From NCBI RefSeq assembly GCF_001194135.2, contig NC_068982.1:160854645-160918644 (forward strand): 64,000 nucleotides of DNA, read 5' to 3'. Below are positions 53,185 to 64,000 of the stretch, piece by piece (positions within the stretch are counted from its first letter, which is position 1; each line of letters opens with the position of its first letter). The position numbers and the translations under genes are program-made. The stretch comes from Octopus bimaculoides (lineage: Eukaryota). The notes beneath the pieces were generated by a model. That model did not search any database, was not told the DNA's origin, and was given only the letters and a program-made list of their open reading frames with translations.

Positions 53185-53313
53185 TTTGCTCCTGCCAAGG
53201 AGGTTATGTTTTTGCCGGCGTTGGTTTGGGAAATTGGGCGATTTTCATCATGCATGCATATGGGTGGGAATGAGATGCTTGGTGGAGGTCTGCGCTCTCC
53301 GAGTGCTTTTTTA
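53185..53313 (+). mobile_element. Short HINE with both subterminal inverted repeats and 3' hairpin
   Basis: ctcctgccaag (53189-53199) and cttggtggagg (53278-53288), hairpin GCGCTC-tcc-GAGTGC (53292-53306), then a T-run. Confidence 0.75.
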
Positions 53314-53369
53314 GTTTTCCATCTACTATTATTGTCTCTATCTTATTAATGAAAATCTATCTGCTCCTT

Positions 53370-53395
53370 TCTCTCTCTCTCTCACTATTTCTCTC

Positions 53396-53470
<75 letters not shown>

Positions 53471-53474
53471 CTCT
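53370..53474. repeat. (CT)n polypyrimidine microsatellite
   Basis: Directly visible. Confidence 0.95.
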
Positions 53475-55974
53475 AATACTCTCTATTATCTTCACCACAA
53501 CTCATCATTTCCTTTTTAATATCTAACTCTCTTTTCCTCTTCTTTGTAGTAAATTTAGTCTTCCGTACATTAGTCTTCCATACATTTTGTATATGAAGAT
53601 GATTTTTGTATGAATTTAGCAAACTTGATGTAACCAGGAAATTCTGTTGATTTGAAGAGCTAGCCTACCTTATGTGCATTGATTTGTAAATGAACAATAG
53701 TACTATGTAATATATAACATGCATTTTAGTGCAGACATGTAAAATAATTTTATACACTAAAATATTTGGAGCTGATAACAGATAAAGTTGCTGATATATA
53801 TAAGGAAGAGTGTGAGAACAAACGTTGACGCTGTGCAGCAAGGATGTTCCTAGAGTGTGTGCCAGAGACAGCTTCATCAACAAACGCCGTTACAGTGCTA
53901 CCGATCAAAATAACGTGGATGTTATCAAAACTCATGCGCCAGGCATGATAAAGAGGTTTGATGATGTTGGGTGCAACAATGCTGTTTTAGTTTATAATTC
54001 TCGTGATATTGGAAATTATTTCGACAGGCCTATCTTTGGCGGCGTAAAATGTTACTATGTTTTTATACCATTGTGGGATGGCAGAATCGGTACCTCAAAC
54101 TCATACCTCCGTCTTATATGCGTCCTATAACTACCAGATGTACTTTGACTATCTTCAATGCCAAAGAAATTAGGACCAATGTATTCTGCTCGATATACAC
54201 CAGTTAAAAGCATTTGAAGAAGGCGCAGTACTGAGGTTCCAGTTTCAAGATGGTAAAAACTCTTCTTTTCTGCCCTCTTCGCTCTCTCTGACATTTTGAT
54301 AACCATAAATAATGTATTTTATTACCAGTATGAGTTGATGTTGTGATGTTCATTATTTATGAATTCGCCTCTAAGGTGTGATTGAAGTGAAATACTTGCA
54401 AATTAGACAACTAAAGCGTACTTTCGTCTGCAGTACTGCATTCGGAGGCTATTGTAATAAATAATTCGCAGTAACGAAGCAAGAAGAGCAACTACGGTAA
54501 AGTTGAGGTTGTAAATAACTGAAAATATCATAAACTAAATATAATAGACTTCTGGATCATGAAAATAGAGAGGAACATGAAACTTAAGACACAGGCTTTA
54601 CAAATTAGCAATAGAGATATATTCTCGAAGATGAAGGAAAGTAATGAAGTTAAACTATATTAAATACGTGTAAAATCAGCTATCCTAATGCAGACGTAAT
54701 GAAGAGGGAAACGCCAGAAAACTGAATAAGCTGAATGCGAAACAATGAAATAATTTTTGAGGACAGAAATAAAGGACTAAGGAATAGCTAATGAAAATTG
54801 TTATAACAGTTTCAGTGAAGAAAGGTGGATTTAAATAGAAGTTTAGTGGCGTCATTGTAGTGAATAAGGAATATTAAATAGTGTGATAATGGTGCGACGA
54901 TGTTCGACAGAAGTTATTTGGTAACATTATAGATGTAATAACATTGGGAACAGAATATAAGAGCAGTAAATAAACGACAGTTAAAGTCACAAAGATATAC
55001 TCATGAAAATGAGTAGTATTAGCAATCAGTTTAAGCGGCAAACGGAGACATGTAAAAGCTGTAAATGAAAAGATATGAATGAATGTAATTTCAAATCTTG
55101 ATGGCTGCAAGAAAGATATTTCCTAATAATCAATATTTTATTAACTTAAAATAGGTTTTGACTAGAGAATTTTTTTCATTCAAAAGTGATATAATCTCCT
55201 CTAATTCAGTTTAAGTATGAGCTATTCTTATGCGATAAAAATTCTATAATTGGAACCTTATAATCATTTTCTTTGATAATTTGTGAAGATATTCTTTACC
55301 ATTCTTGAAATTGTATTATATTCTGCTTTTGGTTAATATTTTCATTCTTGGTGATTTGTCTCTTGATATTCATGAAGTCTATTCTAATTTAATTCTGCTT
55401 TTTCTTGTAACAATCGATTTCTCAAGCTCCACGTGAAGATGTTAATATTTTTATTTAATAGTAGACTATTTTGGCTTTTATTCCTTTTCTCTTTGACTTA
55501 CACTTTCAAGAAGGAGCGGTAGCTTTGCCCTGATCGTACAGGCCGCTAGACATAGCAGTAAAATCCCCTACAAATCACGCACTACAAGCATGAAAATCAT
55601 GGAACACGTTGAACAGAAAAAGATTGACTGGTCACTACTGGCATGGCTTTCATCATATGCTTGGTTAATTAAGGTTGAACAGGGGATAACCAATGACGAC
55701 ATTTGGTAGATAAATTCCCAGGCTCAGTATAGTGAGGTAGTACTAATATTATAAATCAGTGCTGATATATCTTCAACATTTACTTCCAGAAATATTGTCT
55801 TCAAGTGTCTACTTCTTGAAATAATATTTTTTAGTGGATTTTCACGTGGTAAAATTGACGACAAAATCCTCTGTCATTTATTGATATAAGTTTGGTCCAG
55901 TGATATATAATTTGACAAGATTCGTCGATTTAATCAACGATAAACTTTCAAAATGCAGTGAATGGAATGACAGG

Positions 55975-56170
55975 AGCTCTTCTTTAGATTGGATTTATAA
56001 TATTGGGGGAGGCATCCTAGTTAGTGCTCAACTAGTACTTATTTTCTTGACATCGAAAGGATGAAAGTTAAAGTTCACTTCGGTGGAAATTAAACTCAGA
56101 CCGTAGAGACAGACTGAATGCCGCAACACATTTTTCACGGCGTGCTGACGATTCTGCGAGCTCAACACTT
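55975..56170 (-). mobile_element. SINE family A, diverged copy
   Basis: gggggagg, actagtacttatttt, cgaaaggatgaaag, aactcagaccgtagagacagac, cggcgtgctgacgattctgc match 28054-28270. Confidence 0.75.
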
Positions 56171-56813
56171 TGCAACATAAAGAAAGAGTTTATTGCTAAA
56201 ATAAACTAGAAATATAATACCCATAATTTTTTTCCTTCTTGTTTTTTTTTTTTTGTTCTTGCTGTTGTTGCGTTTCCTTTCACTTCCTACACCTCATCAG
56301 TTCTATTAGGATCTTAAAGAAATATATTTGCGACAAAAGGAGCTCTTCCAAACATTATTCTGTTTCATTCACAAAATTATTTCAGCTGTTTATAAACACT
56401 AATGGCCGCAGCGTACCATTGCTATTTTCTGCAGATATTACAGCATATTCTTTAATAACTTTCAGAAGATTACATCATCAATTTGATATGTGTGTGCGCG
56501 CGCGTGCATGCGTGTGTGTGTGTGTGTGTGTAAATTTGATTTATATCAAAAATTTGATACATTATTTAAAAAGCAAACCTAGTTATGTAATATATGCAGG
56601 TAAATATATATAATCACTCGGGTAGATATGCAGACGTCTCTTGATAAATAACTCCATGCATCATTGCTGTTTTTTGGGGTTTTATAACATTTCTATTTTT
56701 ATTTTTCATGTGTTCGACATATCACGGTTTCAGAGTCTATGTTCATTTTTTTCACTGGAAAAATACACACATAATACACACACACACACACAAACACACA
56801 CATACACACATAC

Positions 56814-56852
<39 letters not shown>

Positions 56853-57184
56853 CGTGTGCGTGCGTGTGTGTGTGCGTGTGTTATGCCCATCTTCGTTATT
56901 TTGCATCTCACCATATTTTTAACATATTTGTATCCATGAACGCTTTTTTCCTCATTTTGTTTCTGCGATATTGTGCTTTTTTTTTTTTTGTCGTATCGCT
57001 TTAGCTTGCATTTGTTTTTAATATGAATCATTTCTTCATACTAACGCGACATTCTGAAGTGATGACGAAGCAGGATTATTCTGTAAATGTCGATTTTATA
57101 TGTCGATTTATGTATACACACACACATATGTATATATGTGTGTGCATGTATATATATATATATATATATATACTTAGATACATA

Positions 57185-57400
57185 CATCTTTGGGATGTAG
57201 TTAACACATTTGGAACTTGAGAAAAGCCTTGCATATCTTTACTGTTCCACTCACAGATTGTACTTGTAATGTACGGTCCAGCCGGTCAGTTTCTCCTCTA
57301 AAAATCACAGTTTATCCAGTTTCTCCTTTGAGAATTTACTAACAAAACCTAGTGCTCCAATTATTATTGGTGTGAATATTCAGTCATTTCTGGATACTTC
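57185..57400 (-). mobile_element. Restriction-endonuclease (RLE)-type LINE 3' end, inverted copy
   Basis: Reverse complement aligns with 57560-57780, for example caataataattggagcactaggtttt and gtgttaactacatcccaaagatg (57207-57185 versus 57758-57780). Confidence 0.8.
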
Positions 57401-57780
57401 TAAACATAACAGGCCGGATATTTTGTCTGGGACGGAGGGACAAAGGTATGTACCATCATAGAGGTCAGCTGCCTTGGAGATATAAATATATCTTTGAAAA
57501 ACAAAGAAAAAGGGTGTATCTATGGGCAACTGCTTCAAAACCTCCAGCTTCTATATACAGACTACGAATTCATATTCATATCAATAATAATTGGAGCACT
57601 AGGTTTTATTAGTAAATGCTTATAGGAGAATCTTGATAAATTGGGATTTTTCAGAAAGAGAAATTGACCAGCTGATTTGTACATTACAAGTGCAATCTAA
57701 AAGTGGAACAGTAAAAGTATGCAAGACTTTTCTCAAGTTCCAAATGTGAATTTGTCTGTGTTAACTACATCCCAAAGATG
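57401..57780 (+). mobile_element. RLE-type (R2/R4/NeSL group) LINE C-terminal fragment
   Basis: KHNRPDI / VWDGGTKVCTIIEVSCLGD...KNKEK...IIIGALGFISKCL...SGTVKVCKTFLKFQM* (stop 57747-57749): PD..(D/E)-type nuclease layout. Confidence 0.8.
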
Positions 57781-57899
57781 GAGCTTTGTTTCTTCGTTGG
57801 TAACCGGCTCCCACCTTAGTGGAAGATTTATAATAATTAAAAAAATAGAAGAGATATACATACATATGTGTGTATGTGTGGTTATATATATAAACCTAG

Positions 57900-58365
57900 T
57901 AAGCACAAATAATTAAGTTAACATTAATAGTAATGATATGACTGGTGGTGGTGATAATAAATATACGGATATAGTGGATCATAATATGAATGACAATAGC
58001 GGGATAAGAAATAGCTGTTTGACTAACGACAGGAGTGAAAACAGTAAAGACCCTACGGAAGATATCGTAGGAGAGATAAATGGGTCTAAATTATATCTAT
58101 ATGAATTAACCAGGCCAAGTAACGAATATAATAGCACACTCAATTTAAGTTACAGCGAAACTAACAATACATGTAGGATAATACGTAATAATATGGACGA
58201 ATTACCTAACACTTCTCGCAGTAGCAACCACAGGATTAATATGAATAAACATTATTGTAACTATAAGAGAAAATTATGTCCATTTGCAGGATTATGCTTC
58301 AGAAAAAAAATGTAGTATATATATGTACAGTGCGACTGATGGCATTTCCATTTACTACATAGGAA
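57900..58365 (+). mobile_element. Naiad-like PLE fragment, cut at the start of the GIY-YIG endonuclease
   Basis: TLNLSYS...IIRNN, CNYKRKLCPFAGLC (58256-58297; cf. CNC...CPLxGxC), then VVYICTV and YYIG (58353-58364). Confidence 0.65.
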
Positions 58366-58593
58366 GGCGCATAGCTCTGTGGTTAGAGCATCGGGTTCCC
58401 AATCATGAGGTAGTGAGTTCGATTCCCGGTTCACTCAGTTGTGGAAATGAGTCGCGACGTCACTGGTGCCAAGCCGTATCGGCCTTTCCTTTGATAACAT
58501 CAGTGACGTGGAGAGGGGTGGCTTGTATGCATGGGCGACTGCTGGTCTTCTATAGACAACTTTGTCTGGTCTTATGCTTCGAAGGGTAACTTT
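58366..58593 (+). mobile_element. tRNA-derived SINE
   Basis: A-box-like tagctctgtgg, B box gagttcgattccc (58415-58427), non-tRNA body. Confidence 0.75.
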
Positions 58594-58947
58594 TTAGGGC
58601 GGGAGGAGAGGAACGAGCCGGGTTGGGAGGTTCGATTGGGGAAGAAGCTGTGGAATAAGAGGTCTCGTAGGTTGTGAGCTCATTTGAAGGAGGGGAGGGC
58701 TCGATTTGGCAAGATGTGTGAAGTGGAGGGGTCGGACTGGAATCGCCGAAAAGCTCGGAGAATAGTGCGTTGGAGAGATAGGGTGGTGGGGTGGTAGGTG
58801 AGGGGAAAGGGGAGGCGTGAGTAGGCGGGGTGCGTTAGGGGGTAGAGAGCAGATGCACGGTCCACGGAACGTGGTCTGGCAAGGGCGGTGTGGATAGTGG
58901 TGAGGGGATATCCACGTAGGATGAAGTGGCGAGCCATGAGTTGAGAC
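58594..58947 (-). mobile_element. PLE fragment of a third lineage (RT-endonuclease linker), continuing into gap 58948-59413
   Basis: FILRGYP...TALAR...RLPFPLTYHP...FRRFQSDPSTSHIL...SFK*AHNLRDLL; GC-rich relative to the flanks. Confidence 0.75.
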
Positions 58948-59565
58948 NNNNNNNNNNNNNNNNNNNNNNNNNNNNNNNNNNNNNNNNNNNNNNNNNNNNN
59001 NNNNNNNNNNNNNNNNNNNNNNNNNNNNNNNNNNNNNNNNNNNNNNNNNNNNNNNNNNNNNNNNNNNNNNNNNNNNNNNNNNNNNNNNNNNNNNNNNNNN
59101 NNNNNNNNNNNNNNNNNNNNNNNNNNNNNNNNNNNNNNNNNNNNNNNNNNNNNNNNNNNNNNNNNNNNNNNNNNNNNNNNNNNNNNNNNNNNNNNNNNNN
59201 NNNNNNNNNNNNNNNNNNNNNNNNNNNNNNNNNNNNNNNNNNNNNNNNNNNNNNNNNNNNNNNNNNNNNNNNNNNNNNNNNNNNNNNNNNNNNNNNNNNN
59301 NNNNNNNNNNNNNNNNNNNNNNNNNNNNNNNNNNNNNNNNNNNNNNNNNNNNNNNNNNNNNNNNNNNNNNNNNNNNNNNNNNNNNNNNNNNNNNNNNNNN
59401 NNNNNNNNNNNNNAGCATTTGCAAGGGAGGTCATCGCTCCTATTTCATGGAACTAAAACAACAGTAACATCGTCCTTTATAGGACTGCCACATTCTGTTG
59501 GTGTATAAACTTTACTATTCGGTACTGTTACTTTATATCTCTCGCTCAGAGATTTAAAACAAATA

Positions 59566-59605
<40 letters not shown>

Positions 59606-60244
59606 CGATCAATAAAAGGACTTCGTCATAAAATTTCGAAACATTTCTAAGAATCGATACCTCACAGTGAAATATTTCAAGAGACTATCATGGAGAGGAA
59701 GCATATAAACAGGTATTTTATCGGAAAACAAAGGCGCAGTAAATCATCGGATAACCGAAAGTCATTTCATTAAGAACTAAAACCCTCCCTGAACAGTCGG
59801 TGTCAGCTGGGCGTATGGTAACTCATACGCAATTACTACACAGCAACAGCGCCTGGACTAGCCTATTATCGATCTAAAAGCAAATACACACACACATCAC
59901 GTCATGTGTTTTTTTCTATTATTATTCAAACTTTCTCATAACACAATTCAACAATTAGAAATTATCCAGCAGCAACACTCTGACTACAGTTATTTCGTTA
60001 TTACAATAGGATTAAGGTAAATATATTAAAAATTGTTAGTTATAAAAATTATTAATTAATTAATCCATTAAGTAATTAATGATTTGACAATGTCTTCAAC
60101 CAAAATATTGTGGAGTCTTCAATGCCTTCCTCTTTCTGCCTTCTTGTGTCCAGTATTTATATGCATTTGCGTATGTGTGTCGCCGTAGAGATGAGGAATA
60201 ATGTACATTATTTACATTTGACGGATATTTGTCCTCATCTTGTT

Positions 60245-60292
60245 TCTTGTTAACACAACGTTTCAGATGATGTACTCTCGAACCTTCATCTC
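60245..60292 (-). ncRNA. Decayed hammerhead ribozyme motif in an inverted pseudo-LTR
   Basis: Reverse strand gaGATGAAGGttcgagagtacatcatctGAAACGTT: partial CUGAUGA core, degraded stem II, intact GAAACGU-H. Confidence 0.5.
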
Positions 60293-60309
60293 TTATCTCT
60301 CAAATATAG

Positions 60310-62545
60310 AACTGTATTATCTAATCGGTACGGAGCCAACACTGGACTTCAGTGGAGACATACAGAGCAACTCCATCAAAAACTAGCCCGTCTTTCAAAC
60401 CATCTAAGTTTCTTGTGTAGAAATAGAGACTCAAAGCGAATGCCACCTGACTTGAATGTAATGACACCGGTGGATTCATACAAACCTCGAAGAGTAGCGG
60501 AAAGGGTAGGACATACTCTCGTCCGTGATAGGATCCATTATAACCGTTGGAAAAGGCATCAACTAAATAACGAAATCAGAGAGAGGTTATCTTCATTACT
60601 TAGAAGAATAACCAGAGATGATGATAGAAAGAGAATCCAACAAGATCTAGAAAAGTCGTACAAGAAGGAATTTGAAAAGATGAAGACACGCCAGATTAAG
60701 AAGTTTATGAAGCTCAAAGGTTAGAGAATGCTGACTGAAGTCCGTCACCCACCCGTGAAAATAGTAATTAACGCAAGTAGCCGATATCTATAAAGCTCCG
60801 AAGAAGCAATACTAAACAAAGGTCCCAGCCATAAAGATACCAAAAGCTGAGGGAGATGAACTAAGGTGGAAACTGAGACAGGTGCTAGAAAAAGCGAAAC
60901 TTCCCAAATAAAACATCACCAAGGAAGAAAAGTTCGCTATCAAAACAATACTTCCAGCGGACAAGGAAAATGCTACAGTGGCGATGAACAAGTCTGACTA
61001 CTCTGAAAAACTGTCAACTCTCATAAGTGATGGCAGTTACAGCAAAGTAAAGAAAGACTCCAATCTGAAAACAGAGAGGAAGTTGTCACAGATCTTGATC
61101 AAGAACAAGGATAACTTTACACCAATGAAGTACAGACAACTAACACAACAACACTACAGTAAGCTACCACACATGTACGGTCTCCCTAAGATTCACAAGG
61201 ATGACGTTCTGCTAAGACCTATGGTGATCTGTAGCGGTTCAGCATGTCATCCATTGAGCCGCTTCCTTGTGCATATAATCAGTCCATTAGCAGGAAAGTC
61301 AACATCGTACATGAAGAATTTTATCTACTTCACAGAATTGATCAAGGATACCCCCATTGGATCCATTCAGATGGTGAGTTTAGATGTGATAAGTCTGTTC
61401 ACCAAAGTCCCAACTGATGAAGCACTATCGGTGATTCAAGAAAAACTGGTGACAGGTCTATCTAAAAGAACGCACTAGTATACCAATAGGAAACTTGATG
61501 GAAATGTTGACCTTCTGTGTAGAAACTACCTACTCCAGAATGGACACTGATCTATATCGACAAGAGGGTTTTGCTATGAGTTCGCCATTATCACCAATAA
61601 TAGCCAATATATACATGGAATACTTTAGGAATTTGGCTTTAGGATCAACATCACTAAAACCAACCCTATGGCTGCAATATGTTAATGATGCCTTTATACT
61701 CTGGCCCCACCAGGAAAATGTTCAAGTACTGTTAGATCATGTGAATTCAAAACAGCAATCCATACAGTTCACAATGGAAAAGTAAAAAGACAATCAGCTA
61801 GCATTCCTGGATGTATTAATAACATGCACCAAGTATGGATCCAGAACATCCGTATACCGCAAGCCAACTTTCACTGGACGATACCTCAACTTCAATCCCC
61901 ACCATCCATACAGTGTAAAGAGAGGGATTGCTCAGTGCCCAAAACATAGAACAAAGAATATAAGTAGCGATCTTAATACACGCCACTAAGAAATGATCAA
62001 GCTCAGTAACAATCTATTAAGCAACAACTACCCCAAAAACATACTATCCATTCCTATTATGAAGAGAAGAGAAGATGAAACCCATAAACTAACCATAGAC
62101 TGTCTACCCTATGTGAAAGGACCTTCCGAAAAGATACAAAAGATATGCGGCCCATATGACATCAGGACAGTATTCAAGAGTAATACAACACTTCGCAAAT
62201 ATCTCCTTCGAGTAAAACCACCAATACAAGAGAATATGACGAAAGACAGCGTGTGCTCCATCACATGCAGTTGTGGTAGGTTATACAAAGGTGAAACATA
62301 CCGTCCTCTCCAAATAAGGGTAGAGGAACATCGCAAAGCTGAGACACGAGGAGATATTGATAAATCGGGTATAGCTCATCATGTATGGAAAAACGGAGAC
62401 CACCTCCTCCTGTGGAATGAAGTTAAAATAACAGGCAGAGAACACCACTGGAAAATACGAAAACTAAAAGAGACAGCACATATGTTAGGACATGATAACC
62501 TCCTTAGCAGACCTAGTGCAGATATGAGTAGCAACGGGACTCTGT
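60310..62545 (+). mobile_element. Near-full-length Penelope/Poseidon-type PLE (RT plus C-terminal GIY-YIG endonuclease), pseudogenised
   Basis: RYG...KLARLSNHLSFL N-terminus; MYGLPKIHK; VSLDVISLFTKVP (61374); GFAMSSPLSPIIANIYME (61567); YVND (61678, YVDD decayed); SCGRLYKGETYRPLQIRVEEH (about 62266). Split into four track ORFs by stops and frameshifts. Confidence 0.92.
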
Positions 62546-62779
62546 GCTTAAGCATGCCTAAGCACAACGGTAAATCCGGCACTGTATATGTGTATTAATT
62601 TTTACAGCATTGTGCACAACATAGCGTGTATTACAAAAACTAAGATAACATTAAAGTCGCCTTTCATCCTTTAGCAGTAGAATTTTAAACAGAAGAGAAT
62701 ACAGAGAAAGTATTCCGTAGAGAAAGGCTATGAGACTACTTTAAATACACGGAGACATATATGGATGTATGTATATAAA

Positions 62780-62817
62780 TGTGTGTGTGCGCATGTGTTT
62801 GTGTGTGTGCGTGTGTT

Positions 62818-62898
<81 letters not shown>

Positions 62899-62900
62899 TA
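62780..62900. repeat. (TG)n microsatellite
   Basis: Directly visible. Confidence 0.97.
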
Positions 62901-63854
62901 TGTATTTTACAGGCCAACGCGCATATCCACCTGCTAAACTCCACTCACAAGCTATTTGTCGCACGGAAACTATAGTAAAAAGCATTTGCTTCAGATGTGC
63001 AATTATATAGAATCCGTAATGGTAAAACTAAAACCGTAAGGGAATTAATGAAAAGCCATTTAATAAAACAAATTCTCGCAACATAGTTATACATTCAGTC
63101 ACTCGGAGTAGTTTTTACGACCTTACTGTCCAAATATATCGGAATTTTAAACGATGACAATATTAACAGTTATGAAAGCGACTGGGTTCTTGTAGAACTA
63201 GAACGTGAGTTCTTATACTTTAATAGCTTTAAAGTATATAGTCTTTATCTCTCAGAGACGTTAAGCCGTTAGCAATTTTGAATAAAAGTAGGAAATATGT
63301 GAATTGTTGCAAACATAAGAAAATTATTGCAAACGACTACCAAGTGGAGAGAATAATTTATTTCCCATTTAAATGGACTTGCCAGACGTAGAAAAATGTA
63401 TTTAAAATGAAAAAAATATTTATAAACTCATGAGCGCATAAACTAAATTCAAAATAGCAGCCTTGCCATTCTTTTACAAATATAATACTTATGATGTGTT
63501 TTATGACAACAGATGGATGTGTCACGTGTTTGCGTGTTGATATATGAGTATATCACGTGCCGTGCTTGCAACAATTCAACAGATGCATATTTGACACATT
63601 TTCTAATGTGGTTGTAAGAAATAAATGTCTGTGAAAAATCATATTTCAAAGAATTAAAGTTATTTTGATTAAATGTTGTCACCTTGCATCCTTGCTGAAA
63701 CTATTTGAGTAATCGACAGCGTGGAAAACAAAATCCGAGATTCAAGAAAATTTGTTGCGTGCACGCGTGTGGAGAACGATACATAAATACATATAAATAT
63801 ATACATAAATATATACCTATGTACACATAATATATATATATACACATAACTCAA

Positions 63855-63903
<49 letters not shown>

Positions 63904-64000
63904 TGTATGTATGCATGTACGTACGTATGTATGTATGTCATTATTCAGTTTATTTCAAGATTTCTTGCCAATAGAGAAAGAACCGGTTTCTTACCTAGAT

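Noticed and set aside
52657-53190. Short tandem duplications around 10-N gaps as real duplications
   Set aside because: Identical copies ending exactly at N-runs indicate unmerged contig overlaps.
53750-54310. 101-aa ORF or a minus-strand hAT-like frame (AKDRPVEII...NIIKPLYH)
   Set aside because: No convincing motif in any frame; left unassigned pending a translated search.
50880-58300. Selenocysteine recoding in the Naiad-like copies
   Set aside because: The Cys positions I could read are TGT/TGC or missense (TAT, AGT); none is TGA, and I saw no SECIS.
57938-58315. 125-aa ORF as a host gene
   Set aside because: Its C-terminal part matches the PLE linker and Cys motif, and it leads into a YYIG cut by a SINE.
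59811-59830. Hairpin GCGTATG-gtaact-CATACGC
   Set aside because: A 7-bp stem is expected by chance at this window size, with no supporting context.

Overview
AT-rich, microsatellite-dense eukaryotic DNA from a draft assembly with 13 N-gaps. The SINE families and repeat landscape look like an octopus/coleoid cephalopod genome (inference from memory of such sequences, not a database result). I cannot recognise an intact host protein-coding gene; almost every ORF in the supplied track is a simple-repeat artefact or a transposon remnant. The window is a layered transposon graveyard: at least three Penelope-like element (PLE) lineages (one near full length at 60.3-62.5 kb; Naiad-like fragments at 13.4, 47.3-51.0, 51.3-52.4 and 57.9-58.4 kb; a third type at 58.6-58.9 kb), RTE, CR1-type and restriction-endonuclease-type LINEs, Tc1/mariner and hAT fossils, a canonical non-autonomous Helitron, Helentron-type HINEs and several tRNA-derived SINE families. 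The most notable structures are a converging inverted pair of Naiad-like PLE copies with a Helitron whose size accounts for the spacing difference between them, two decayed hammerhead ribozyme motifs, a 263-bp near-perfect palindrome, a head-to-head fused LINE pair, an internally inverted mariner, and an unidentified 4-kb stop-poor tract. A few strong splice acceptors on the + strand hint at a host gene with large introns. I found no convincing evidence of a wholly new biological system.
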